Below, in pieces: positions 39,414 through 47,370 of a DNA stretch of 64,000 bases. Each line of letters starts with the position of its first letter. The first letter of the stretch is position 1. Under the pieces are notes generated by a model. It ran no database searches and was not told the DNA's origin. It saw only the letters and a list, made by a program, of their open reading frames with translations. Location of the stretch: IMG/VR virus record IMGVR_UViG_3300035112_000003, positions 799-64,798 of that record; one strand, 5' to 3'. The position numbers were made by a program, and so were the translations under genes. This DNA is from a virus (taxonomy: Duplodnaviria > Caudoviricetes).

Positions 39414-39656
39414 TTAATTTAATATTTGTTCAGCAGGAACTACTGGTAAATCTTCAGCGCTACAAGTGCATGGTCTTAAAACAAATGTGCTAACATATGA
39501 AAATCCTTCTTCGGCTGTATCGTCTTCCACTGGAAAATCAACACATTCGGATTGTTCAAAGCAGACAGTGATATACGTTTCATCTCCATGAGGCATAACT
39601 ACTGTCATGTCATCTGGTAGATCGGCAATTAGTTCTTTTAATTCAGCTATTGACAT
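39414..39656 (-). CDS. Hypothetical acidic protein
   Basis: MSIAELKELIADLPDDMTVV common phage N-terminal motif. Confidence 0.6.
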   Translation of the reverse strand: MSIAELKELIADLPDDMTVVMPHGDETYITVCFEQSECVDFPVEDDTAEEGFSYVSTFVLRPCTCSAEDLPVVPAEQILN

Positions 39657-40342
39657 ATATATTCTTTTAAAGGCTTAGCGTCTGTTTTTGACAACCCCAC
39701 AAGTATTTGCCCATTATTGACTTTTTTAGTCAGCCCATGATCTATTGCGATTACTTCTGGCTCCCGGCTGGTTCGTTCGTCTCCATTTGGGCGGCACCTT
39801 ATTAATCGGCTTTCTTGCCCCGTGTTGGGTTCTCTAAATACAATTTCATAATCACATGCTTTTAGTGTTCTTACTACTTGGCCTGCGTATTCACCAGTTT
39901 GCATATAGAGAGTATCCTTCAATAAAGTAGGTTCTATCCCATGAATTGGGCCGGGATAAGGGGCAAATACTCTCAATCCAAAATCAAACGTATTAGATGG
40001 CTGCCATTCTCCATCAGGCTCCTTCCATGCAAAGCAATCTTCTTCTGGAACTGAAAAGAATTTAATATCACTTGCTATTTCTTTACCGCTTAATTGGCCA
40101 TGATTTAAAACTTCAAATTCTGGCCTTGTACCATTGTGATGGAATAGCATTATAGCGCCTTTCGGAATGCCTTCCCCACTAACTACTGTACCTTGTATAG
40201 GTTGTGTTTCGCGACAATTAAAATTTTCGTACCGGCGCTCAATCCTAATGGTAACACCGTGAGAGAATGTATGGTGATTCTTTTCTTCTGTCCATACCTT
40301 AATTAATATTCTGTTTTCTACATTTTTTAATTCTGTCTGCAT
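39647..40342 (-). CDS. Divergent, extended GroES-like protein
   Basis: NRILIKV...GTVVS....KG..MLFHHN pattern; pre-terminase position as in related phages. Confidence 0.55.
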   Translation of the reverse strand: MQTELKNVENRILIKVWTEEKNHHTFSHGVTIRIERRYENFNCRETQPIQGTVVSGEGIPKGAIMLFHHNGTRPEFEVLNHGQLSGKEIASDIKFFSVPEEDCFAWKEPDGEWQPSNTFDFGLRVFAPYPGPIHGIEPTLLKDTLYMQTGEYAGQVVRTLKACDYEIVFREPNTGQESRLIRCRPNGDERTSREPEVIAIDHGLTKKVNNGQILVGLSKTDAKPLKEYICQ

Positions 40343-40940
40343 ATCTTTTTACTATTGGCGTGTTTAATGCTTGTTCCTTAGTCCAGCCGCGTTGGAGCCT
40401 ACACTTTAATGTATTGTAATCCATTTTATATTGTCGCGCCCATTCTATGAAACATTTGCTTTCTCCATTATATTCCATTATAATATTGTTTCTTTTATTT
40501 CTACTTTGTTGAGTCTTAGTAGCCCACCTAAAATTAGATGGGCCATAATTCCCATTGTTGTCAGGAAACCGATCTAACGTTAGGCTCTCACTATACCCAA
40601 CCTTCACATCCTCATAAAAGTTTTTGAAATCATGCCAGCGATCAAACACAATTATCCCTCGTCCTCCATAATTTTTATATGATCGGCTATTTTTATTATA
40701 GCATCTGGTCATCATACTTGACCAGATTTTATATAATCTAGTTTTAGTACGACCATCCTTTGCCAAAATACACCCGCATGATTTCGTATCTCCGTTTAAT
40801 AAATATTTCGCCATTTTCTCTGCTTCTATACCACAATCGCATTTAACCCACCAAAATGCCCTTTTATTCTCTGTCCGAGAATATTTAATCACTAATAGTT
40901 TCCCAAATCTTTTCCCAGTTAAGTTTATTTGCCTACCCAT
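40299..40940 (-). CDS. HNH-like homing endonuclease, same family as 6199-6909 (start MGRQINLTG)
   Basis: LTGKRFGKL, KCDCG, TKSCGC, RCYN..YGGRGI, TLDR..NNGNY.PSN.RWAT. Confidence 0.85.
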   Translation of the reverse strand: MGRQINLTGKRFGKLLVIKYSRTENKRAFWWVKCDCGIEAEKMAKYLLNGDTKSCGCILAKDGRTKTRLYKIWSSMMTRCYNKNSRSYKNYGGRGIIVFDRWHDFKNFYEDVKVGYSESLTLDRFPDNNGNYGPSNFRWATKTQQSRNKRNNIIMEYNGESKCFIEWARQYKMDYNTLKCRLQRGWTKEQALNTPIVKRYADRIKKCRKQNIN

Positions 40941-40942
40941 AT

Positions 40943-41071
40943 AAAAAATTAACTCCAACAACAGATGGCCGTCACGTCCCTCAATGAAGAGAAAGTGCAT
41001 CTGTGTCGGAGTTTATTTTTAATATTTTAATCAGGCTAACCATTAAAGAACGTCACGGCATACCAAATATA
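40943..41071 (-). promoter_or_regulatory. Promoter (TATATTTG) plus structured leader/attenuator of the HNH gene
   Basis: -7 element at 41064-41071; long hairpin 40951-41013 followed by a U-tract; alternative pairing 41050-41059 with 40968-40977. Confidence 0.6.
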
Positions 41072-41094
41072 ATAATTTGTTTGCTAAATCGTTT

Positions 41095-41331
41095 TTAATT
41101 ATTTTTTTTAGGAGTCCACCAATCCGAACAATATGTTTCAGGGTTTTCTACTGGTATTTCCCCACTTCCATTATTCCACTTACGATAGTATTCGTTCTCA
41201 CAATCCTTCCCGTCCCAGTATAGGCAGTTCGAGCAGCTAGACCCTGGACTAGTTACCTTCATTCCCGGTTTATGATCAGGTGGATATTCAATTGGGCCTT
41301 TTGATTTAGATGTTTTTATTTTCGTTGCCAT
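41095..41331 (-). CDS. HiPIP-like four-Cys protein
   Basis: CSNCLYW....C...YCSDW spacing. Confidence 0.45.
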   Translation of the reverse strand: MATKIKTSKSKGPIEYPPDHKPGMKVTSPGSSCSNCLYWDGKDCENEYYRKWNNGSGEIPVENPETYCSDWWTPKKNN

Positions 41332-41590
41332 TTGATTTTAGTTTATCGAAGTATTCTAATTGAGATTTGTTCCATGTATTCTGAAATTGATCAGCAGTTA
41401 ATCCCCGGCTCGTGTTGCCATACTTTTCAATCAGTTTTGACATATAATCAGGCACTACAAAATTCAAATCTTTGAATAAACTGGTTGTTGCCCCCTTCGC
41501 CACCATTGGTGGCTTAAAATTTATCTCTGCTAATATCTTTGGAGCAGCAGCTAATCCCAGAATACTTTTTATAAGAGAACGTCTATTCAT
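41306..41590 (-). CDS. Protein with a twin-arginine-like signal and an MCP-like motif
   Basis: MNRRSLIKSILGLAAAP; LFKDLNFVVPDYMSKLIEKYG. Confidence 0.6.
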   Translation of the reverse strand: MNRRSLIKSILGLAAAPKILAEINFKPPMVAKGATTSLFKDLNFVVPDYMSKLIEKYGNTSRGLTADQFQNTWNKSQLEYFDKLKSNGNENKNI

Positions 41591-41792
41591 GATTTATTTT
41601 TTTAATTGACCCACCTCCAAAGATGCTATTACCGAAGAATAAATGACATTCTTTGTCTGGGTATCTTTCTTCTGCTATTCTCTGTACCTTCTTTTGAGCA
41701 TCTTCAATGTTCATGAAAACATTTTCCTTAAATACAATTTCTCCATTTATTGATATGGATATTTCCGTATGAAATGGTTTATTGTAGTCCAT
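41583..41792 (-). CDS. Hypothetical protein
   Basis: ORF track; coupled to neighbours. Confidence 0.5.
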   Translation of the reverse strand: MDYNKPFHTEISISINGEIVFKENVFMNIEDAQKKVQRIAEERYPDKECHLFFGNSIFGGGSIKKINHE

Positions 41793-41808
41793 AATTAAAT
41801 TTACTTAT

Positions 41809-42618
41809 TTATTGGTTAAATAATAGCTCTGTGTAATATTCGAGCGCCCGTTGAGTAAGAAAATCATAGAACCCCGGCCCACTACCTATTACATTTGGTA
41901 TGGAGTTGCAGACTTCCAAAACACGCGGTATTTTGAGCCCCTCTGCCACTTGAAAAATAGAACTCTGTGACCCCAGATAGACTTTGCAATTATAAAGAGC
42001 GGTTGCAATTTCTAAATAGTCAGCAGCTTCCAGCCTTGGAACATCCAACTTGTTTTGTTTACAGAATACCTCATGCTCGTTTGGCAATCCCACAAACATT
42101 ACTTTATCCCCGTATTGCTTCAGAAAATTATAGCTTACTAGCATGTTATTGTACCGCTCTGTACGGTTGATAAGGATTTTACCGATTACCCGCTGATCTA
42201 TCTTGTAGGGAATATTCAGCCACTCTTTTGATAAGTCACATGCCATATCGGGCCAGATGTACATGGGCCAGCGATTGATTGCCCCCCCGGGTAAAGTTGT
42301 GGGATTTTCCCTTATCAAATCCATATTAAAATCAATTCGTTCTCCGCTCCATTCCCTGAAATCTTCAATATAATCTTGTGCTAATAGTAAAGGACGCAAA
42401 ACTGAAAATAGCGCGGGATTCATCATTACGGGCTCCCCTTCTTCATTAAAGATAGAATATTTTGCCCCAAGATAAGCACCCGCCACACCGTATGGCTGGT
42501 TAACTCGTTGATATATAACCCATTTGCAGTCGTTATATTTTGAAACTTGCTTCAATCCAGGTAGAATCGAAAGAAGGTCGCCCGCGGGGAAAGTGTGAAG
42601 GAGAGTAACTATTTTCAT
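41809..42618 (-). CDS. GT-B glycosyltransferase (GT9/heptosyltransferase-like)
   Basis: AGDLL, FVGL..E and EIA..LYNC..YLGSQS..FQVAEGL motifs. Confidence 0.7.
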   Translation of the reverse strand: MKIVTLLHTFPAGDLLSILPGLKQVSKYNDCKWVIYQRVNQPYGVAGAYLGAKYSIFNEEGEPVMMNPALFSVLRPLLLAQDYIEDFREWSGERIDFNMDLIRENPTTLPGGAINRWPMYIWPDMACDLSKEWLNIPYKIDQRVIGKILINRTERYNNMLVSYNFLKQYGDKVMFVGLPNEHEVFCKQNKLDVPRLEAADYLEIATALYNCKVYLGSQSSIFQVAEGLKIPRVLEVCNSIPNVIGSGPGFYDFLTQRALEYYTELLFNQ

Positions 42619-42701
42619 TTTAGCAAAAACGTTGTAGCTTTATGCCGTCCCCGGTCTTGCCCCCGGTTGGGCTCATTATTAACAATTTAAATATTAAAGT
42701 T

Positions 42702-42974
42702 ATGGCATTAACTGGTCGTGTAATTTTCAGTGCATATCGCAAGAATCAATATGATCTTAAAAACGCCGCTGGCGGCCCAGCAACCCAAGGGATTCCCATG
42801 AATTTCCCTGGCGCACTTTGCGAATTAAGGCCCGCGCCGGCAAACCTTACTGCCAACGGAGTAACCATGCAATCAATTATTGAACTTTTGCCGTCTGGAT
42901 TACAACGTAATGGTCAATCTGATTTCTATTACAGCGCCGATACTGTTGCAACCCTGAACACAAACGGTAGCTAA
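42702..42974 (+). CDS. Isolated counter-oriented 90-aa protein (possible capsid decoration protein)
   Basis: Start MALTGRV at 42702 after an A/T-rich leader; own promoter-like site (42623-42642) and terminator. Confidence 0.65.
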   Translation: MALTGRVIFSAYRKNQYDLKNAAGGPATQGIPMNFPGALCELRPAPANLTANGVTMQSIIELLPSGLQRNGQSDFYYSADTVATLNTNGS

Positions 42975-43006
42975 TTCTTTTTTCACGGTTCAGATTCTCA
43001 TGGGTT

Positions 43007-43038
43007 GGCCTCGATGCTTAATTGTATCGGGGCTTTTT
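43007..43038 (+). terminator. Intrinsic terminator
   Basis: GGCCTCGATGC...GTATCGGGGCT followed by TTTT. Confidence 0.7.
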
Positions 43039-43294
43039 ATTGCTCCTTTACTGATAAAACATATTTCTTCCCCCAATATTCATAAGTGGTTTCTACTTTC
43101 CCTTCCGCGGCTTTTACGATCATATTCATGAAATCAATATCGAATTCAGCTTTGATTTGTGCTCTCATGTTTTTTATTTCTGATTCTATATTCATAGCCA
43201 CTGGCAATAAATGCTCCCCTATTGCCCTTACATTTGAATCAGATAGGCTTTTATATGCCTGTAATTTTTGAATCAATTTATCAACGTTATTCAT
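43037..43294 (-). CDS. Hypothetical protein
   Basis: ORF track. Confidence 0.5.
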   Translation of the reverse strand: MNNVDKLIQKLQAYKSLSDSNVRAIGEHLLPVAMNIESEIKNMRAQIKAEFDIDFMNMIVKAAEGKVETTYEYWGKKYVLSVKEQ

Positions 43295-43306
43295 ATTAAT
43301 TTATTT

Positions 43307-44059
43307 TTATTCTCGTTGTTTAGCCCATTGTTGGATTAATGCAGGCAGCGGTTCTCCTATTGGAATAAGATCATTATCCGAAAACCACAGCTTCGGGTCA
43401 AATGTTTCGCATTGGTTTAGCTTTTGATCATAGTCTGCGAATTGAAATACCTCTTTCTGCATGTGAATGATCTTAGCCCGATGCGCTTTCTTTTCCCGGA
43501 CAAAACCCATGTGATACATTCGTATATGTTCCACGAACGCATCAGAAGCAAAACAATCCAGATTTTCCGCATCATCATATGCTCGATACATTGACTTTGC
43601 TAGTCGTACAACTTGGGGGCTACATGGCATCCTTTCCAAAGGAACATTTAGCTTTGTATAAGGGGTGTCCCATAAATTAAACCGACTGATTAAATACCCT
43701 TCAGCGCCGCCATTTATAGCCCTTCTTATCCATTCATATGATCTCTCATGCGTCAGTTCATCGGCTTGCTGGTAGTATATCCATTCCGTGTTTACTTGAT
43801 CTATTGCCTTATTTGTAAAATAAGATAGTTTCTCTTTTCCTTGTTGCGATTTCCACTCTTCATTATCACACAGGATAACCCTGGTTTGCCTACCCTGGAA
43901 TGTCTTTATAAGCTCACTCGTTCCATCCGTTGACCCAGCATCAAGAACTATCACTTCATCACAAAATTCCTTCAATGAGGCCACAGATTCAGCTAAACAA
44001 TAATCTTGCGAAATAGCATTGTATGCGAATGTAACACCAGTTAATGCCTTACTCATCAT
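43307..44059 (-). CDS. Glycosyltransferase family 2
   Basis: DEVIVLDAGSTDGT, WIYYQQADE (DxD-like) and YHMGF motifs. Confidence 0.88.
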   Translation of the reverse strand: MMSKALTGVTFAYNAISQDYCLAESVASLKEFCDEVIVLDAGSTDGTSELIKTFQGRQTRVILCDNEEWKSQQGKEKLSYFTNKAIDQVNTEWIYYQQADELTHERSYEWIRRAINGGAEGYLISRFNLWDTPYTKLNVPLERMPCSPQVVRLAKSMYRAYDDAENLDCFASDAFVEHIRMYHMGFVREKKAHRAKIIHMQKEVFQFADYDQKLNQCETFDPKLWFSDNDLIPIGEPLPALIQQWAKQRE

Positions 44060-44297
44060 CTTCCTCCTTTTTATCGAAGCCTAATAATTTAATCAATGCT
44101 ATTCGTTGTTCTTGCCTACAACATGATTTAGCAATTTCAAGCAATAGTTTTTGATAGCCTTCATCTGTCGGATATGGATTAAGACTTGTTTCAACCTTGA
44201 TAAGTCCTTCCAGATAGTTATAATACCTGTTTTGCCGTTCGCATTCCCATACATCAGAAATAGGCATATTCATTCTATAGGCTGGCCCTATTATCAT
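44049..44297 (-). CDS. Hypothetical protein
   Basis: ORF track. Confidence 0.5.
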   Translation of the reverse strand: MIIGPAYRMNMPISDVWECERQNRYYNYLEGLIKVETSLNPYPTDEGYQKLLLEIAKSCCRQEQRIALIKLLGFDKKEEDDE

Positions 44298-44300
44298 ATA

Positions 44301-44963
44301 TTATTTCTTTTTAAGTAAAGCGACGTAAAAACCTCGCCAATACATATCATTTAAATGCTGATCTTCGGTATATGGTTCTGGGTTTAGAAGCTCTTCATGA
44401 AACAATATCTCGCATCCACTATCAATAAGTCCATCTATTGTTCCGCGCTTTACATCTCCATACTGCCAATCATCAACGCAAACGATAAATTCATTAGCCA
44501 TTGAGGGCAGAAAATGCGTCATGGCTTTACGCTGGGCCTCATACCCATGATCTGCGTCAAAGCAATACAAATCCACTTCATCGGCAAAGTTAGGCGGCAG
44601 GTCAAATGTTTCGGATACTTCCCCCAGCAACACCGTCTCTGTTCCATCAATACACTTCATGGCATTTTGGATAAATTGCTCTTCGACATTTTCGCCCGTT
44701 ATTTTGTCAGAAGCAAAACTGTCACCCCAATAAGCTATTTCAATATTTGGATTATTTCTTAACACAGAACAGAATATGCCGCCTTTATGGGTTCCATGCT
44801 CCATGTAACGCATTGATAATGAGCCTAAATTATTCATTAGATGGCGAAGTTTGATCGAAGAAAGTGCCGGTACATCCCATGCTACTTGATCCATTTTAGA
44901 TTGATGGTTCTTTGCCTTTTCAATGGCATCTTTAATTGCTTCTATTTTTTCTTCAGTTGTCAT
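44301..44963 (-). CDS. Class I SAM-dependent methyltransferase (Methyltransf_24-like)
   Basis: YMEHGTHKGG, DLYCFDADH.YE and VDDW motifs. Confidence 0.75.
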   Translation of the reverse strand: MTTEEKIEAIKDAIEKAKNHQSKMDQVAWDVPALSSIKLRHLMNNLGSLSMRYMEHGTHKGGIFCSVLRNNPNIEIAYWGDSFASDKITGENVEEQFIQNAMKCIDGTETVLLGEVSETFDLPPNFADEVDLYCFDADHGYEAQRKAMTHFLPSMANEFIVCVDDWQYGDVKRGTIDGLIDSGCEILFHEELLNPEPYTEDQHLNDMYWRGFYVALLKKK

Positions 44964-45583
44964 TGATAATTTATTTTATATAAACGGAGATTGTTCATGT
45001 CTTTTACTAGTTCTAGTTCTGGGAAATGCGTAAGGGCCTTTTTAGTATCCCCATATCTCTCATAAAAATCATCGTAAAGGATATAGGGGATTTTCATTTT
45101 TATGCATAGTTCAGTATCATCAATAATGCTTTTTTCGTCGTGAGCGCCGTCAATAAATGCGAGATCGAAGAATCGGTGCATAGGATATGAATTAGCTGTA
45201 TAGTCGTTGACATCATCTCTCCACTGAAATTCAAATCTATCTTGGTATGTACGTCTTAAGTATTCTGCACCTAGCAGTGTTTCATCCTTTTGGCTAATAT
45301 CACAACTCAATACATACCCATCAAATAAATTTAGCCACATGGAAACAGAATGTCCCATATTAAACCCAATCTCTAATATACACTCCGGGTTTACTATCTC
45401 AATAGCTTCCCTGAAATGCCTTAATATGTGTGGGCCGCTATGGTATGGGATTGGTACGCCAAATTTATCCAACCCATCACCATTCTTTCCTGCCCTGGTT
45501 GGAAGCCCTTCAGTTATTTTATTATAGAAGGCCCAATCTTCTTCTGAGGCATACAGTAGTTCTTCATCTGTTAGTTCTGTCAT
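44960..45583 (-). CDS. Class I SAM-dependent methyltransferase (Methyltransf_24-like)
   Basis: ILEIGFNMGHS, FDLAFIDGAH and YDD motifs. Confidence 0.85.
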   Translation of the reverse strand: MTELTDEELLYASEEDWAFYNKITEGLPTRAGKNGDGLDKFGVPIPYHSGPHILRHFREAIEIVNPECILEIGFNMGHSVSMWLNLFDGYVLSCDISQKDETLLGAEYLRRTYQDRFEFQWRDDVNDYTANSYPMHRFFDLAFIDGAHDEKSIIDDTELCIKMKIPYILYDDFYERYGDTKKALTHFPELELVKDMNNLRLYKINYQ

Positions 45584-45592
45584 ATTAACAAT

Positions 45593-45946
45593 TTATTTAG
45601 TCGAATTTACAGGAGTTACTTTTGGATAACATCCACGAATGCCATAATAGATGCTTTCAAAAAACTTAACCGGCAATCCCGACCAAAGTTCGGGGATGCG
45701 AACAAACCCACATCCGGCATTATATTGAATCCATATTCCATGATCAATTGGAACGCCTTCACTATTAACTTCACTAAGGATTAGTACAAACATATTCCGA
45801 TCGAATTCCTTTTCTCGGAAATGGAGGTCTTCATCGTTCATATACGGCATATCATATATGTCATATGACTGTTCTTCATTGTATTTTTCAAACCCATGAG
45901 ATAACAGATATTCTTCATCAACATATTTTGTAGCATCCTCTGTCAT
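45593..45946 (-). CDS. Hypothetical protein
   Basis: EEYLLSHGF common phage motif. Confidence 0.55.
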   Translation of the reverse strand: MTEDATKYVDEEYLLSHGFEKYNEEQSYDIYDMPYMNDEDLHFREKEFDRNMFVLILSEVNSEGVPIDHGIWIQYNAGCGFVRIPELWSGLPVKFFESIYYGIRGCYPKVTPVNSTK

Positions 45947-47370
45947 AACAATTCATTTATAGCGTCAAGAAGATCAGAAGTTTTAAACTGAACACATGGG
46001 GGATTTATTTTGTCGTCTATGCATTCTTGCCCATCCACGGTTATAGATTCATGCCAACAATACTTTAAGGAACATAAATTATGCCCGGGCTTATGGTTGG
46101 TTATTACCCTAATGTTTTTTTGATCCGGCCAGATATAATCGGGATTGACATTGCCATGAAATACTATTAGTTTACGCCCTAACGCTACTGCAATATTCGC
46201 AGGGCCACTGTCTACAGAAATTAAGCATTCAGCGCCAGCCAACATATACATCAATAGTGGTTCTGCTAATGTATTTATCTTGATGGCCCCCGTCTCTTCG
46301 CTCTCGCCTTTCCCTATTTGGAATACAGTGTACCCTTTTGCTATTAGATTTATCACAATATACTTCCAGTCAATACCGTAAATGTTTCGACCCTCTTGCG
46401 CTCTCTTATCGATATGCAAACACACATATTTATTAGGGAACAATGTAGTTGATTTATCTACTCCTACATTCAATCTGGGATTGCGAATTACCCGCTCGCT
46501 TTCTGGCACTTCACAGAAATCATAGTAGCTTTTAAGGTGCAATTGCTTTGGGTTCGATTCATACGACATTTCGAGATTGTAAACTTTAGCCGTAGCTAGT
46601 ACTCTCGGGTCAATTTGTCTAGGGAATAACACAGGGAAATAGTGATTGTAGAATAATGTTTCAAATTGCGGTAAAGTATCCAAAACAACCCGGTAACCTT
46701 TCTTGTGAAAATACTCCATGACCGGTTCGCACTGTATGCAGTCTCCCATTGCAGCGGGGCGGCGTATCACAACCATTGGCCTATACGGCTCATGAAACCA
46801 ACCGTGGAAGCCAAAAGTTCTGCCAACCGGGGTTCTTAACTCAAAGGAGAATTGTTCGCATATTTCATCAGGAGCCCATTTAAAATCATAATTCTTTTCT
46901 AAGTATCTCCTATATACACGTGACACCGCCACATCTTCTGGCGCAGTTGCATTTATATGGTCATCAGTTGCTACCGTCTTCATTAACCGTAAGGAACGCC
47001 AGCTAAACCCTCCATTACCGTTTGCGAGGCCGTCATTTTCAATCCACAACGCGCCCGCCCAATCATAATCATACAGCCTTGCATCAAACATATCCCCGTT
47101 CAAAACCCACGAATCATGCTGAGTAACTAGGACATAATTGGTTGTTATAGGTAGATAAGCATGTTTTAATATAAATTCACTGTATTCATCTTTTGATTTT
47201 ATTGGCGGTATTTGAACAATACTTATGCCATCCAATTTCAGATCAACATTCGTATACAGTATCACTTTGTCAAACTCACATTGTGCCATGCTTTTTCTCA
47301 ATGAAGCAATTGCGGCCCCCGGATTTAAAGTATCAATAGCGATTAGCGTACAATCCTTTATTCGTCTCAT
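45943..47370 (-). CDS. Bifunctional glycosyltransferase: DUF5672-like GT-A domain fused to a GT9-like GT-B domain
   Basis: QHDSWVLN, YDWAGA, NGNGGFSWRS, PED and FGFHG in the N-terminal half; AMGDCI and VDSGPANIAVAL in the C-terminal half. Confidence 0.82.
   Translation of the reverse strand: MRRIKDCTLIAIDTLNPGAAIASLRKSMAQCEFDKVILYTNVDLKLDGISIVQIPPIKSKDEYSEFILKHAYLPITTNYVLVTQHDSWVLNGDMFDARLYDYDWAGALWIENDGLANGNGGFSWRSLRLMKTVATDDHINATAPEDVAVSRVYRRYLEKNYDFKWAPDEICEQFSFELRTPVGRTFGFHGWFHEPYRPMVVIRRPAAMGDCIQCEPVMEYFHKKGYRVVLDTLPQFETLFYNHYFPVLFPRQIDPRVLATAKVYNLEMSYESNPKQLHLKSYYDFCEVPESERVIRNPRLNVGVDKSTTLFPNKYVCLHIDKRAQEGRNIYGIDWKYIVINLIAKGYTVFQIGKGESEETGAIKINTLAEPLLMYMLAGAECLISVDSGPANIAVALGRKLIVFHGNVNPDYIWPDQKNIRVITNHKPGHNLCSLKYCWHESITVDGQECIDDKINPPCVQFKTSDLLDAINELL

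Noticed and set aside
40941-41000. N-terminal extension of the HNH ORF as given in the ORF track
   Set aside because: It lies within the leader hairpin; the family motif begins at MGRQINLTG (40940)
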